From: Stegostoma tigrinum
Taxonomy: Eukaryota
NCBI RefSeq assembly: GCF_030684315.1
Contig: NC_081383.1
Coordinates: 43,261,138-43,325,137, forward strand
Reading direction: 5' to 3'
Length of the DNA: 64,000 bases
This document shows positions 1 to 14,027 of this stretch, piece by piece. Position 1 is the stretch's first letter. Each line of letters opens with the position of its first letter. The translations under genes and the position numbers were made by a program. A model generated the notes under the pieces. It worked only from the letters and a program-made list of their open reading frames with translations, searched no databases and was not told where the DNA came from.

Positions 1-830
1 AGAAGCAGAAGTAGGCAATTCAGCCCTGCCAGCCGGCTCCACCATTCAATGAGATCAAGACTGATCTAATAATCCTCAACTGCACCTTCCTGCCTTTTTC
101 ATATAACCCTCAATTCCCTTACTGATTAAAAATCTCTCAGTCTTGAATAGGTTCATGACCCAGCTTCAACAGCCCTCTGTGGTAAAGAAAGCCAAAGATT
201 CACAACAATCTGAAAGAAGAAATTAAATGTGTGACCCCTTATTCTAAAATTATTCCCTCTGGACTGAGACTCTCCAACAAGGGTCATCAATCATTCTGCA
301 TCTACTCTGTCAAATTTCATAAGCATCTTATGTGTCTCAGTAAGATTGCTTCTCATTCATCTGTATTTCAATGAGAACAGGCTAAATCTACTCAACATCT
401 ACTCATAAGACAGTCTCTCCATGCCTGGTACCGTCCTACTGAACCTTCTGTGACTACCTCAACGCCAGTATATCTTTCATAGAATCATACTGCATGGAAA
501 CAAGCCCTTCAGCCCAACTAATCCACGCTGACCTGGTTTCCCAAACTGAACTAGTCTCATTTGCTGCGTTTGTCCCACATCCCTCTAAACCTTTCCTTTC
601 CATGTACCGGTCCAAATGTTCTTCGTTTTCCAATGTCAAGGTGTTAAGTTTACTGACTTGTGATTTTCCCTTTTTTGTCTCCCTTCCCTTTTGAATGAAG
701 GAGTTACACTGACTATTTTACTTTGGAAAAGAAATCTTCCAAGAATCTTGGGAATTTTAGAAAATTAAAACCAAATATCAACTCTCTCACTTGTCTTTTC
801 TTTTAAAACTTGAGGGTAAAGTCCTTGTGA
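1..830 (-). mobile_element. Nested, decayed CR1 3' ends
   Basis: gaagtaggcaattcagccc and catagaatcata...ggaaacaagcccttcagccc are reverse-complemented CR1 3' termini. Confidence 0.7.
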
Positions 831-1334
831 AACGCCACATGGTAAGAGAACCCTTTTGTTTTAAATCTGCTTTAAAGATCAGCTAAGATCTTTTTGTAGA
901 CAGATCCAACAGAACCATCAAATCATCTCGCCAGTCTTGAACCTAACTTGGTAGCTAGCTACAAGACATCAAGCAGCCAAAATACTTCACTGTTCCAGCT
1001 TCAAATTTCACCTGACAAAAAACTCAAATTCAAATATAAATAACTGACCTCACAACTTGCTAAGCAAACATTTCATTTTACAAGACCATTATTTCAACTT
1101 CAAAGCATCAAATCCATTCCAGAAGCCACAGGCCTAATATGTGACACCGGAAATTATCAGAGAATGAGTTAACTGCGATCTCTACTTATCTGTAAGCAAT
1201 GTGAAGTGCATATAGGTGAGAGATCAATTAGATGATGTTGCCTTATTTTGGGGTAAGCATGAGAAAATAATATTCTTTAATTTTAAACTCACTGCTGTTG
1301 AATTAATTAATTGGAATATACACTGAGTTAGAAA

Positions 1335-1558
1335 CATTCACCAGAGGCAGGTTCTTTACTCAGAGTGGTAAGGGCGTGGAACACCCTGCCTGCCAACGTA
1401 GTGAACTCAGCCACATTAGGGGCATTTAAACGGTCCTTGGATAAGCATATGGATGATGATGGGATAGTGTAGGGGGAGGGGGTTAGATTAGTTCACAGGT
1501 CGGCACAACATCGAGGGCTGAAGGGTCTGTTCTGCGCTGTATTGATCTATGTTCTATA
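1335..1558 (+). mobile_element. CR1 3' end
   Basis: FFTQ..V.AWN.LP remnant, acaggtcggcacaacatcgagggc, and a tctatgttctat tail. Confidence 0.85.
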
Positions 1559-2039
1559 ATGATCACAGGCAGTAGGAGAGCACATTATATATTCAGAGCA
1601 ACATAATTAAGATCCAGAGCCAAATCACCATATCTAAACAAAGAATATGAAATCAACAGAGAAGAAATTCATTATATTTCACTTAGCACCTGTTTTATTC
1701 TCAATCCTTTGAAGCATATTTGGCATATTTGTATATTTATGAGTCTATACAAATGTAAGTTGTTACACATAGTTTTAAACAGTTGTGCAAGAAACTGAAA
1801 CATTGGCAAAAGTACAGTGAAACCATTCATATATCTTTGCACATTGTACATCAGCTACAATTTGTATGAAAGACTCCAATTCCAAACATAGTAATTTATT
1901 TCACAGGAAAATTTATACAACTTCAAGGTTAAGATCTTGAAATTTAATCAAGTAAACACAAAATAGGAGACAATGAAAGAGGGAACAGAAGGATGTCATT
2001 CAGCCTCAGGAACTCTGCTAACAGTTACATAAAACAGAA

Positions 2040-3600
2040 AGCAAACGATCATGAACAACACTGACTCAATAAAGACTGTAAGTGAGAATAATGTCAATGA
2101 TTATGGGTAAACAGGAGACATACTGAATAACTACTTTGCCTCAATATTTACAGTAGAAAAGCAGGATAGCTTGCCAGAGGTCCCAAGGAAATCAACAGTG
2201 GATCAGGAATAGTGACCGCATAGAATTAACATAAGTAAAACATCAATAATAAGGAAAAGAATGGAAATCAAGAGAGTGATAAATCCCCAGGAACAGAGTG
2301 TTTCCACCCAAGGACTTTAAAGAAAATAGGGATACAGACCATTAGCCTAACATCTGTCATGGGGAAAATACTGGAATTGATAATCAAGGATGGGAGTGAC
2401 TGAACACCTTGAAGATTTTCAATTATTGAGGAAAACACAGCATGGTCTCATGATGGGTAGATCATGCCTGACGAATCACATTTAATTTTTCCAAGAGGTG
2501 ACTAGTGGGCTAACAGCTATGTATGTTGATTACATCTGCAAGTCCTACCATAAGGGATTGTTAGCCAAGGCAGAAACCCATGGAACTGAGGAGAAATTAC
2601 TGACAATGGCAGGTGACAGAAAGTAGGAATAATGAGTGGTTATTAAAACTAGCAGGATGAGACCAGTGGTGCCACAAGGATCTATTAGACAATGACACAA
2701 AGTCATATATCCAAATGTGATGATAAAAGTTAGACAGTATTATAGACATTGGAGATGACAACATAAAATTATAAAGGGACATTGATTGACTAGGTGAATA
2801 GGCAAAACTGTGACAGATGGAATTCAATGTAAGCAAGTGTAAGGGTATCCATTTTGGACCAATCATGGTACTTTCTCGGTGGTATGAAGTTAAATACGGC
2901 AGATGATTTAACAGGCCTGAGGGTTCAAGTGCATAGATCATGAAATTTCCATGAGCAGGTCCAGAAAATAATCATGGTGGTTAACTGCATGCTGGTCTTT
3001 ATATCTAGAAGATGGAGCACGAGAATGCACAAGTTATACTGAAGTCATACAAAACTCTGGTCAAATCCCACTTGGAATACCGAGAGTTGATTTGGGCACT
3101 ACACCTTAGATTAGTCGCAGAGGAAGTACAAAGTAAGTTCATAAGAAAAATACCTTGAGTTCAGGGATTAAGTTGAGGAGAGATTATATTATTTAGGCCT
3201 GTGTTCTCTAGAATTTAGAGGGTTAAGGGGTGATCTGATCAAAGTCTTCAAGATATTAACAAGAAAAGACAGGGCAGTTAAAATATTTTCACTGATTAGA
3301 GATTCTAGAACTGGGGACACAGTCTGAGAATGAGGGACATTCAAGACCGATGATACGAAGTACTTCTACGCACAAAGGGTGGTAGAGGTTTGGAGCTTTC
3401 TTTACAAATTGCAGGTGACACTAGACCAGTTGTTAGTTTTAAATGAGATAGTTAATTTGCTGGTAAACAAAGGTATTAAGGGATATGGGCCAAGGCTAAG
3501 TATATCCAGCTAGACTGCAGATCAATCATGATCTCTTTAAATGGTAGAACAGGCTTGAGGGGTTGAATGGCATACTCCTGTCCTTAGGTTCTTAACATTC
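2040..3600 (+). mobile_element. Old CR1 LINE remnant
   Basis: Decayed ORF2 (KSPG...HPR, SCLTN, WQMEFNVSKC) and a CR1-type 3' UTR. Confidence 0.8.
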
Positions 3601-3879
3601 ACGACAATGAACCTCCAACTGAAATACTGGACTGAATTTGTCCCCTTTCTCTCTATACAGTATACAGCAGCCAAACAATTGCAACACCAGTGTAAAAGAC
3701 TAGACTTTATGTTGAAGCACATCATCTCATCATCAGTTTGAAGCAAAGTTTCTGTCCCCTTGTGTCCCTCTCCCAGAAAAGGCATTGAAGGGTAAATAAA
3801 GTAAAAGTGAAAAAGGCCAGTGGCCAGACCAAATTTCAGCGTACTGACTGAAATAAGGACAAAATAGATCATTCAGAAA

Positions 3880-4860
3880 CCAGATACACAACACAAAACC
3901 AAGTGGGATTGAGAGTTGTGAGGAGGATGCAAGGAGGCTTCAAGGTGATTTAGACAAGTTGTTTGAGAGGGCAACTACACGGCAGGTGCAGTACAACATG
4001 ACTACATGTGAAGTTATACACTTCAGGGTTTAAAAAAAACAAAGGAAAAAGTGTTAAATTAAATGGTGATACATTGGGAAACGTGGATATACAAATGGAT
4101 TTGGGTACCCTTGTACACCAGTCCATGGAAATAAATAGCAATTAGGAAGGCAACTGGTATTTAAGATCGGATATACTCTTCGTAGAGGGAGTGACCGGAG
4201 GTTCACCAGGATGATACCAGGGATGTCAGGACTCTCATAAAACGAGAATTTGGCCTGTATTCACTAAAGTTTAGAAGAATGAGAGGAAACCTGATTGAAA
4301 TGTACATACAATTCTAACAGGGCTGGATAGGCAAGATGCAGGGATTATGATTAGTCTAGTTGAGAAGACTGAAACCTTTTAATTCTTTATTCATTAATGG
4401 GATGAGGGTGTCGCTGGCTCGGCAGCATTTATTACCCATCCCTAATTGCGCAGGGGGCGGTTAAGAGTCAACCACATTGCTGTAGGTCTGGAGTCACATG
4501 TAGGCCAAATTGGGTAAGGATGGCAGTTTCCTTCTTTAAAAAGGAAAATAGCAAGCCAGATGGGTTTTTATTCCCCCAACAATCGACAATGGATTCATGT
4601 CATAATTCAATCCTTAATTTCAGAGATTTATTGAATTCAAATGCCTCAATCTGCAGTGGTGAGTTTCAAACCTGGGTCCCCAGACATTATCCGGGTCTCT
4701 GAATTAACAGGTCAGCGATAATAACACTAGGCCACCGCCTCCCAATTCGAGGGGGAGGCAGTCTCAGGATTCAGGGTAGGCTATTTGAGATACGGAAACA
4801 TTTCTTCTTTCAAAAGGATAGTGAACCTGTGGAATTCTTGACCACAAAAGAAGATGGACA
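3880..4860 (+). mobile_element. Old CR1 remnant interrupted by a SINE
   Basis: ggcttcaaggtgatttagacaag and tttagaagaatgagagg motifs; resumes after 4745. Confidence 0.7.
4378..4745 (-). mobile_element. SacSINE1/Deu-domain-like SINE inserted in a CR1
   Basis: Reverse complement aligns by eye to 41842-42198. Confidence 0.78.
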
Positions 4861-5004
4861 CAGGTTTAGATTTTAAGGGTGTTATGGAACCAACCAGATC
4901 TTCTCAAAGCATTTTAAGAAAGTCTAAGGTTTTGGAGTAGGTTTGTAGCTTGGGTTGTGGGTGTTGAGGTTGGTTGGTTCGCCGAGCTGGTTTGTTGTTC
5001 CACA

Positions 5005-5038
5005 GATGTTTCGTTACCATATTGGGTAACATCCTCGG
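5005..5038 (-). ncRNA. Minimal hammerhead ribozyme motif, Penelope family A (U4C variant)
   Basis: tgca-CCGAGGA-T-GTTACC-caatat-GGTAAC-GAAAC-ATC-tgtg: a perfect 6-bp helix II and a short helix I (tgca/tgtg). Confidence 0.7.
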
Positions 5039-5483
5039 TGCAGCCTCCAATGAAGCGTTGGTGTGTTTTCCCACCTGGTTTTGAAATCCTGGAGTCTGTT
5101 GAGCTGGATTGCCCCATTTCTGGTTTTCCTTCATAGTGGAGTGTATATGGGAATGAATTCTATGGTTTATTAATGGCTTGCTTCATGGAGGGCCAGGCTT
5201 CTAGGAATACCTGTGCCTATCTCTGCTTAGCTTGCCCCAGGATTTTGGTGCTGTCCCATTCGAATTAGTGATTCTCTTTATCGCCATGGATTGAGATGAG
5301 TCAGTATTACTTGTGTCTTTTTGTAGCCAGTTGGTGTCCGTGGACCCTTGTTGCAAGTTTCCTTCCTGTTTGTCCGATGCAGTGTTTCTCACGGTCTCTG
5401 CAGGGGATCTTGGTCCTGTCAGATGACATTGGTCCCGTCCACGACAGGGAGGGGGTCTTTAGTTCGGGTGAGCAGTTGTCTTA

Positions 5484-5572
5484 GGGTTGATGGGCTTCAG
5501 ATTGGTATGACAGGTCGGCACAACATCGAGGGCCGAAGGGCCTGTACTATGCTGTAATGTTCTAAAAAAAAA
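5484..5572 (+). mobile_element. Short CR1 3'-end fragment nested in the Penelope element
   Basis: gatgggcttcag...acaggtcggcacaacatcgagggccgaagggcctgtact...gttcta plus an A run; near-identical to the 3' end at 54060-54136. Confidence 0.85.
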
Positions 5573-6747
5573 TGTGGGCTTGTGTGCCACTCTGATGCCC
5601 AGCAGTCATAGCAGTCATGCAGTTAGTTCTGATGTGTTCCTGATGTAGGGTAGTGAGATGGTAGTGTCAGGGCGTGTACTATGTTCCTGATGTTGTTTGT
5701 GTAGGCATCTTCTGACCCAGTTTTTCAGATATCCATTATCCTTGAAAACCTGGAAGAGGTATTCTCCTTCCACTTGGCGTAGTTGTGTGTTGTTGCCCAT
5801 TTAAACAGTGTTCGCACACAGTTTCGTTTGTGTGTGCTTGGATGGTTCCTTTTGAGGTTCAGTACCTGGTCTGTGTGCGCGGCTTTTCTGTGTACTTTCA
5901 TTTGGAGTTCCCCATTTGTCTTGCACTATACCATGACGTCCAGGAATGGGAGCTGTTTGTTCTTCTCCTCCTCTCTGGCGAATTTTATTCCAGTGAGGGT
6001 GTTTTTTTTAAGTTTGTGTGTCTCCTCTAGTTGGTCCGTTTAATGATGACAAAGGTGTCGTCCACATAGCGTATCCAGTTTTGGTGGATTTGCAGAAGGG
6101 CCATCCTTTCTGGTCTTTTGCATCACTGCCTCTGCTATGGATCTGGAGACAGGCAATCCCGTGGGTGTCCCGTTGATTTGTTTGTATGTTTGGCCGTTGA
6201 AAGTCAATTGGGTGGTGAGGCATAGGTCCAGTAATTTGAGCATGTTGAATGTGGAGATGGTTTCACTGGGGTCTTGTTCGTGATCCTGTCGTGTTGTCAT
6301 TGTTTCCCTTGCTAGTGGTATGTCTAGTGATGTAAATGGGGCAATGACATCAAACAATATCATGGTCTCCTCATTATCTATCCTTATGTTTTTGATGGAG
6401 TTGAGGAATTCTTGGGCTGAGGGGATTGAGTGGGGTGGCTTGTTGACTAGGTGCCTGAGTCTCCTTTGTAGTTCCTTGGCTAATCTGTGTGATGGAGTGC
6501 CTGGTAGGGAGACTATGGGTCTAAGGGGTACTTCTGGCTTGTGCACTTTCAGAAGGCTGTAGAATCGGGTTGTGTTGGTCCCCTCGGGGTTCATTCTTAA
6601 GAAGTCTGCTTTGTTGATCTGTCCTGTCTGTTTAAGTCTTTTTAGCGTGTGGAGAATTTTGTTGCCTAGTTGCGGTGTCAGGTCAGTTTGTACTCATTGC
6701 TATGTGTTTTCGTCGGCGAGCAGTGCAAAACACATTTAAACATTATC

Positions 6748-9123
6748 CAGTCCTTTCTGTTATTACGGATGTTTCATTAAGGCGAATTGGCTGTAATGTA
6801 ATTGATGAATGCTATTCGTAAAATGCAAATTTTCACATTAGTGTGTTGGCTATTATGCAATTCCACCACGAACACTTTAAGAGTTGTAGTGCATGCAGGA
6901 ATAAAATGTTTACGCCAACAAAGTCTGCACGTCGACATCACATGTTCAGTCCATTTACGTGCTTTGTTGTGAAGTGCTTTTCAAGAAGTATTCCATAATT
7001 TTTGGGTTTTTTTGCAAATTATGCTGTGTCATCCATTAGTATAGGAGCACAAAGTAACAAGAAAGTTTACAAAGAAGCGTTCTGGTGAAGATAAAGATAG
7101 GCTATAAACACTTGGAGAAGCTAGACGTTATAAAGCATTTGAATGTAATGAAAGAATGTGATGTTGTTTGTGCAACAGGAATAAAGGAGTTTATGTCACA
7201 CATCATTCGAGGCAGTGCAGAAAAAATTAAAGCAAGCTGTATAGCTGGAAGAAACCAGAGTAGTGAATCTGAGAGATCATGTCCAAAGAAAATTGAGAAG
7301 ATGGAGCAGCTTCTGGGTGCATGGATAGAAGATCAAACGAAAAAGCAATCTGTGATCAGCTTTTTGCACCAAAAAAGAGAAAACCTTATCAATTATGAAG
7401 ACCTAGAGGAAAAAAAGCTGAAAATCCTGCAGATATGCCTGCCTTTGGTGCTAATAGTAGTTGGTTTGCTGGTTATAAGGACCACGATGCTTTTCATAAC
7501 ATTAAGTTATATGGCAAAGCAGCCAGTGCAAACGAGGAATGTGCAATGACATTTCCTGCCATAGTGAAAAAATTGATTGAGGAAGAAGGATACAACTTAG
7601 GTCAAATTTTCAATTTGGATGAGACAGGTTTATACTGGAAGCGAATGCTATCAAGAACTTACATTTCTAAGAATGTAGCACACACTCTAGGCTTTAAGGT
7701 TGTAAAGGATCGTATGACAGTGCTGTTAAATGCCAAATGCTAGTGGAGACTTAAAGCTTAAGCATGTATTGGTGTACCACTCTGCCAACCCACAAGCCTT
7801 GAAAGGTTATCTTTGAAAGTCTATTTTAGGAGTCTACTTTAGGTCAAGCGAGAGAGGTTGGATGACAAGGCAAATATGTTTTTGAAAATGGTTTTAAAAA
7901 TTATTGCAAGGAAAAAAATTGATTTCAAAATTCTCCTCATTCTGGATAATGAGCCAAGCCATTCTCCCATTCTATTGCTGAGCTTTCTAGAAATAGCACT
8001 TTGATATGGTTACCTCCAAACACAATCTCTCTCCTTCAACCCATGGACTAGGGTGTAATAGCAAAAGCTTTTAAAGCTTATTATTTAAGGCATACATTTA
8101 AAATGCTGGCGGAACTACTGAGGGCGATTATAAAGGATGGGATTCTTCAATTTTGGAACAGCTTGAACATCAAGAATGCATTTGACTTTAATGTGGAGTC
8201 CTGAGGTAATGTCAGTAAGGACTGTTTGCATGAAGTTTGGCAAAAGCTTTTTCCATTTTTTATTCATGATTTTAAAGGATTTGAACTGTCAGAGGAGCTC
8301 CCAAGAATCAAAGAACATTGTGTTGATCTTGCAAAGCATGTTGGATGTTAAGAAGTGGCGAGCGAGGATGTTGAGACCCATTGGGAATACCTCTCCACAG
8401 CTGATCTACAACAACTTGTTGCTGAGGAGGAAATGGAATCTGGAGATGAAGAAGTAGTAGTCCAGGATGCAGCACTACGACAGCTTTCCACTTCCCTTCT
8501 GTCTTCTATCCGGAGGGAGGTTGAGAAACGGTTGCAGCTCTTGGAAGACAAAGATTACAATGCAGAAGGCAGCAGGATAGCAGTTTTTGGAATAAGGTCT
8601 TATCTGGCAACCTATAAACAGCTGCTTCATGAAAGAAAAATGGCAAAGCAGCAAAAACTAGATGCCTTTTTTTAAGCCAATCACCAAAAACACAATCAGA
8701 AGACTATGAACCACAGTCATCTCCTTCTGGATTAATTTTTTTTGACTTAACCCCACAACCACAACAGCACCTAAACGTGATGATGATGATAATGATAATG
8801 ACAGTGATGACCCGCAGCCCCCGTCTTAACAACTCAGCTACCTCAAAACCACCCTCCTCCCCCCATCAAACTATCTTCAAATATTTTCAAGGTAAAGTGT
8901 TAAACTTACTGTATTATTTTATTACTAGATATGAATTTAACATTTATTTAAACCGTGCTGGCCTATGTTAGGTACAAACTGCTACATTTATTTTGATTTT
9001 GAGTAATATTTTTGGTGGTCTGTCCCTATTTTTTTCCATATGCCCTGTTATTTTAATTGTGCAATTTTCTATTGCACAAACTCGCACAAGAGCGCAACTA
9101 CCTTGTTATAGCAGAAAGGACTG
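6748..9123 (+). mobile_element. Full-length decayed Tigger/pogo (Tc1/mariner superfamily) DNA transposon
   Basis: TIRs begin cagtcctttctg at both ends (6748 and the reverse complement at 9123). TA follows the right end; the left flank reads TC. Length is about 2.38 kb. Confidence 0.92.
7085..8675 (+). pseudogene. Frameshifted Tigger/TIGD1-like transposase
   Basis: HTH/CENP-B-like N-terminus (EKMEQLLGAWIEDQ), FNLDETGLYWKRM, LLILDNEPSH, LLQPMD*GVI, an acidic tail and C-terminal KQQKLDAFF; multiple stops and frameshifts. Confidence 0.9.
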
Positions 9124-11539
9124 TAGTTAAAAACAAATCAAAAGGAAAAAGAACTTAGAATAACTTAACTCTACTGGAAAGCCTCACAGAATAATAGATA
9201 CAATAACTATTACTAATTAACTGCTCCAATACAGTGACATCTCAAACACACCCCTTGCCAAAAAAGGCAAATGCAGAAAACAGATTTTGTCACATGTAAT
9301 CCAGCAGCCTAGGAAGAGAACCTCCAGCTTTTGCTGCAATTGAGAGGAGCAGAAACAGTTTCTACTTCATAAAAATACCAGCAACTTATACCAAATCTAA
9401 AATCTAAAAAAAAAACAAGAAATCCTGGACTGAGAGAGCTGACCACATTCATCCAGGCTGCTTCTATTGTTCCAACTTTTTTTAAAAAACTACAGAAAAG
9501 GTGGCAAGTCAGGTAGAATTTTTCCAGAAATGTAACAAGATTATGAAATTACAAGGGGAACTGCCGAATAAAGCAAGAAAGCCAGGATTTATTCATAGAG
9601 TAAATTTCTTAGAGTACAAGACTTTTTTAAATGACTGACAACCAAGTCTGAGTCAGCAATTACTAAAGAGACAAAAAAAAGGCTTAGGATTCTTTAGAAC
9701 AAAGTAAAAGCAATCTAGTTCCACCTGGTTTTCCAATACAGGAAAAGTTAACTTTATTAATTGTTATGTCAACAAGAAATTTAACAGATACTCTGCTTCC
9801 TTACAATAAAATGAAGTAAATCTGGGATTCTGGTGGTACAAAATGCAGTGATTCATATTGTAGTAATTTTGGTCCAACTCTCTGTAATTAGACAGATTTT
9901 AAGAGGAATAAGAAAATTCAGAAGAAGCTTTTTCACTCAAAGACCAATAAAAGTGGAGCCTGTTAGCATGGGGAGTAGTTAAAGCCACTAGGACTGAAGC
10001 ATTTAAAAGGAAATTAGTATGATACGAAGGAGGGAAGGAGTCGATTTAAATAAGAAAATTTGGAGGAATGGTGGAGTATTAACACAAGTATGGAGTGATT
10101 GAGCCAAATGGCAGTTCAGCACTATATATCTTACATATTACTATAATTACTCCAGATAAATGTCCTGTAGATCATTGTTATTTCATCTAATTTATTTGCC
10201 TCCACTTCTCAAGGTTCTAACCTTGTGCTTATTTCTACAAGTTGCTACTGTTCCACAAAATTGAACAACATCCAACTAGTTACTCTTTTTAACATTAGAC
10301 TAATCAACAATTTTTTCAATCACCCCAGATAACTTCACAATCAAGCCTTATCTTTTGACCAGTTGAATTCGATATTCTTGCATTTTCTAACAATAGTCAC
10401 GGGTTGATGACCTTCCTTCCAGCCAGGGATACAAATAGTAAACAACAAAACCCTGGCTTTTTGATTTCAAATTGGATCCAAAAATGAGGGCTTCCAGCTC
10501 TGTAATTTGGTGGAGGGTGGGCACTTGCCCAATGAGCTCAAGGAAGCTTTAATATTTTAAAGCCTGATTAGGGTTGATGGGCATTTTTAATTTAATAAAT
10601 AACTGAGGCCAATGATTCATCAACCTTCAGCCTTTTGGACTAACTCAAAGTCATTTCCCCATCGCATGGAGACTAACAGAAGGTCAATTCCAGAGTCACA
10701 CTGTACTTGTGTTCTGAAGCTGTAACATGTTGTATTTATGTATCATCCACATACAACGCCCCAAGACAACTCGAGCAGTGCAACTGGATTAAAAAATTAC
10801 ATGAAACCAAGGGAGACACTAAACAGGTGATGAGATCATTGAAGTGGGTTTTAAAATGCAACTTAAAAAGAATGAGGGATGGGGTTGCAGGGGGGGGAAT
10901 AGTTTTCCAGAGGGAATTTTGAAAATTACAGTTTAGATAGTGAAGGCAGTTACCTAGTGGTATGAAGTAAAAAGTCATGGACTCAAGAACTCAACAAGCA
11001 TAGAGATCTAAGGGTTATAACATTGTCAGAGGATAAACAGGTAGGGGGCAGCAAGGCCATGCAGAGATCTAAAAACGAGATGAGTTTTTTTTAAAAAGCA
11101 TAGGATTTCTAGACTAGGAACTAATGTATATAAGTGAGTGAATGGGACTTGCTAAGAGTTCAGAGACAACTCATGTGCTGGATTAGTTTAGAATGGTATC
11201 ATAGTGGGCCTGCTCTTATGCTGTACCTCAGCTGATGGAAATCTGAAATAAAACCCGTGTTGGAGGAAGTCTGACAGCATCCTTAAAGGGAGAAACAGAT
11301 TTCATACTTCTGAGTCCAACTCTTCTTGACTCTGAAGACAATGCTCACATGGTTTCTCTCTCCACAGATGCTGTCAGATTTACTGAGTTTTGTCAGCACT
11401 TCACTTTTATTTCATCACTGGAATAGTTCAATCAGTTTGTTCATGTTTGGAAAGAGATGAAAGCTTTACTTTCAATGGAGTTCGCTCAGAGTCGTGCCAG
11501 TATTCTCCATCTTTTCGCTATAAATTTTGTCTATTAATA

Positions 11540-13250
11540 GAACCATAAGAAAGTTATGGCACAGAAAGAGGCTGTTCAGCCTGCACCTGTGCCTGCTGAA
11601 TAAATTAGCCACCCAATCTGTCCTACTTTCCAGTACTTGGTCCCAAACCTTGCAGGTTACGCAGGTTCAGATTCCTTTTAAATGAGTTAAGTGTTACCAT
11701 TTTAACCACCAAACTGGATACTGATTTACAGACTCCCACCATCCCTCGTCTAATGAAAATATTTTTTCCTCATATCTATTCTAATCCTTCTACCAATCAT
11801 TTTAAATCTGCACCCCTGGTAAATTGATCTCTGCAAACAGGTCTTTTCCTTGTTCACTGTTCCAATCTGTCATTATTTTATACATGTCAATTAAGCCACA
11901 TCCCGCAGACGCCTTTGTTTTGAAGGCAACAACTTTCAAGCCTTAGAAATATTCTTCTACGTTTGCCCTTCTCGTATTTAAAAGAAAGTGAACACCATCA
12001 TAGTCCAAGAGGGTCATCATTTTCTAGTGAGAGAACAGACTGTGGTGAGTTTAACCTGAAGATCACCACACCAAAGGCTTAAGGAATAGATCTTCACGGT
12101 GACCACAGCAAGTGTGAAATTAACCCAGTTGTTTGCACACACTGAACCACAAACTTCCAGTCCAGCCAACTGAGCTAACGAAGCCCAAATCATGTCTTTC
12201 ACATTTAAATCAAAACAATTAATATATTCAATAAGCAGCAAAAGGTGCCAACACCGAGCCCTGTGGAACACCACGAGAAACCATTTTCCATTCACAAAAG
12301 CACTGTGCGCCGTTAACATTCATTTCCGGTCACTAAGCCAATTCTGGATCCAACTCACAACATTCCCCTGTTCTCATGGGCTTTCATTTTTCTAACCAGA
12401 CTGCCATGCAAGTCCTTCTTAAATGACTTACTAAAATCTAGGTAGACAAAATCCATTGTATCGCCCTCAAAAAAAAAATGAGTTTTTCCACAGATAATTC
12501 AAAAGCAAATTAACACAACTTTCAATAAAACTGTGCTAACTATCCCCAATTAAACAATGCCTTTCTAAGAAACAATTAATCATATCCCTCAGTAATTGGA
12601 TCACCAGAGGGACGACTGGCCAGCCTATAATTATTCAAACTACTCCTCACAGCCTTTTTGTAACATGGCACAACCTTTGTAGACCTCTAATCATTTTATA
12701 CCTCACTTGTATCTAGTACAAATTGAAAAATGATTCCCAGAGTACCAGTTACTTCCTCCCAAGCTTCCTTTAAAAGCCTAAGATACAATTCACCTGGCCT
12801 TCGTATTTATCCACCTTCAAGGTGATCAATCGCCCCATATTTCCCCTTCTCATTCTCATTCTCCTTATTTTGTCTAATACTTCACATTCCTCCTCTTTAA
12901 CGAGGATATCTACATCAACCTTTTCCTTTATGAAGGCAAGAAACAAAACACTTGCTCAAAAACCTGCCCACATCTTCTGCATCCATGTACATGTTACTAA
13001 ATACACCTGGTAGGTCTCAAGCTTGTTCCTTAATCATCTTGGCTCATAAAGTGCTGATAAAATTTCTTTGGATTTTCCTTAATTATACAGGTCAATTGTT
13101 TTTTGTATGCTCTCTGTTTCTCTAAATTTCCTTTTTCACCTTACCCTTCTACCTTCTACACCCCTCTTAAGTTCCCTTTTTTTTTGAGATTGTCACAAAC
13201 TCTGTTTTTCTGCTTTATCTTGCCCTTTATAGTGCTGTATAACCAGGGGC
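11540..13250 (-). mobile_element. Old CR1 remnant
   Basis: Reverse-complement CR1 3' terminus at 11540-11590 and a PQGSVL remnant at about 12255-12275. Confidence 0.65.
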
Positions 13251-13999
13251 CGTAGGTTTGACAGTATCACACTTTAATTTAACTTGCAAAGTTATTTTAT
13301 AGATAAATTTTGGAAGTATTTTACATCTGTACACCAAAAAGTAGATTTATGCCCCAGCCTTATGATTAAGTTGTTCTCTTCACAAAGAGACTAGAAGCTG
13401 CGGAAGTGTTATGGTTCTCATGGTATACTTCCTGCAATCTGTGTAAATATCCTATCTGTTCGCATTATTTTCTTTGTTTTTAAAAACTAAGAAACACAGC
13501 TTTATAGTAATCAAATTAGCCAAAAAATCCTTTAGTTCATTCCTAATTCTGTATTTTTTTTATAAAAAAATCAGGAAGTTAGGATAACATAGCAAGTCAG
13601 GTAGAGCATTTCCAACGATAAGTAATACAATTATAAAATGTTACCCGGACACCAATGAAACAGAGAGTCAACTGCGTTGTTGTCCAAGATGGGAATTTAT
13701 GCATTAAGTAAACTTTATGGGCCTCCTAAATCTTCCCTAGATCCCAAACTTCTTACAGCTCAGGTCTAAAGAAAAGATGTTCAGCTTGCAACAAATGCAA
13801 TTGACGAGACCCATGGACAAAAAAAAGACCTGTTGCTACAGACACATTGTGCAAAAATGACAGGGACAACAAATGTGAAGTGAAAAGCACAATGAACAGA
13901 GAGATAGTGAGTGACGCATACTCAATTTCAAAAAAGATCATAAAATGTGAGGCTGGATGAACACAGCAGGTCAAGCAGCATCTCAGGAGCACAAAAGCT

Positions 14000-14027
14000 G
14001 ACGTTTCGGGCCTGGACCCTTCATCAG
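14000..14027 (-). ncRNA. Minimal hammerhead ribozyme motif, family B, intact core
   Basis: ct-CTGATGA-A-GGGT-ccag-GCCC-GAAACGTC-ag: both conserved boxes, a GUC triplet and palindromic ACGU. Confidence 0.75.

Larger units (their letters stand above)
4920..6720 (-). mobile_element. Penelope-like retroelement (RT + GIY-YIG endonuclease + terminal repeat), 5'-truncated and decayed
   Basis: RFYSLLKVHKPEVPLRPIVS...FDV..FTS...QINGTPTG, WIRYVDDTFVII near 6040-6080, and endonuclease remnant KIPCRDREKHCIGQTGRKL near 5355-5415. Confidence 0.92.

Noticed and set aside
7085-8675. Domesticated TIGD gene
   Set aside because: Multiple stops and frameshifts, with TIRs retained, indicate a fossil transposon.
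9124-9480. Possible LTR remnant flanking the Tigger element (similar impression at 830-1150)
   Set aside because: No paired LTR, PBS, PPT or coding remnant to support it.
10421-10458. 8-bp hairpin agccaggg...ccctggct
   Set aside because: Short enough to arise by chance, with no accompanying motif.
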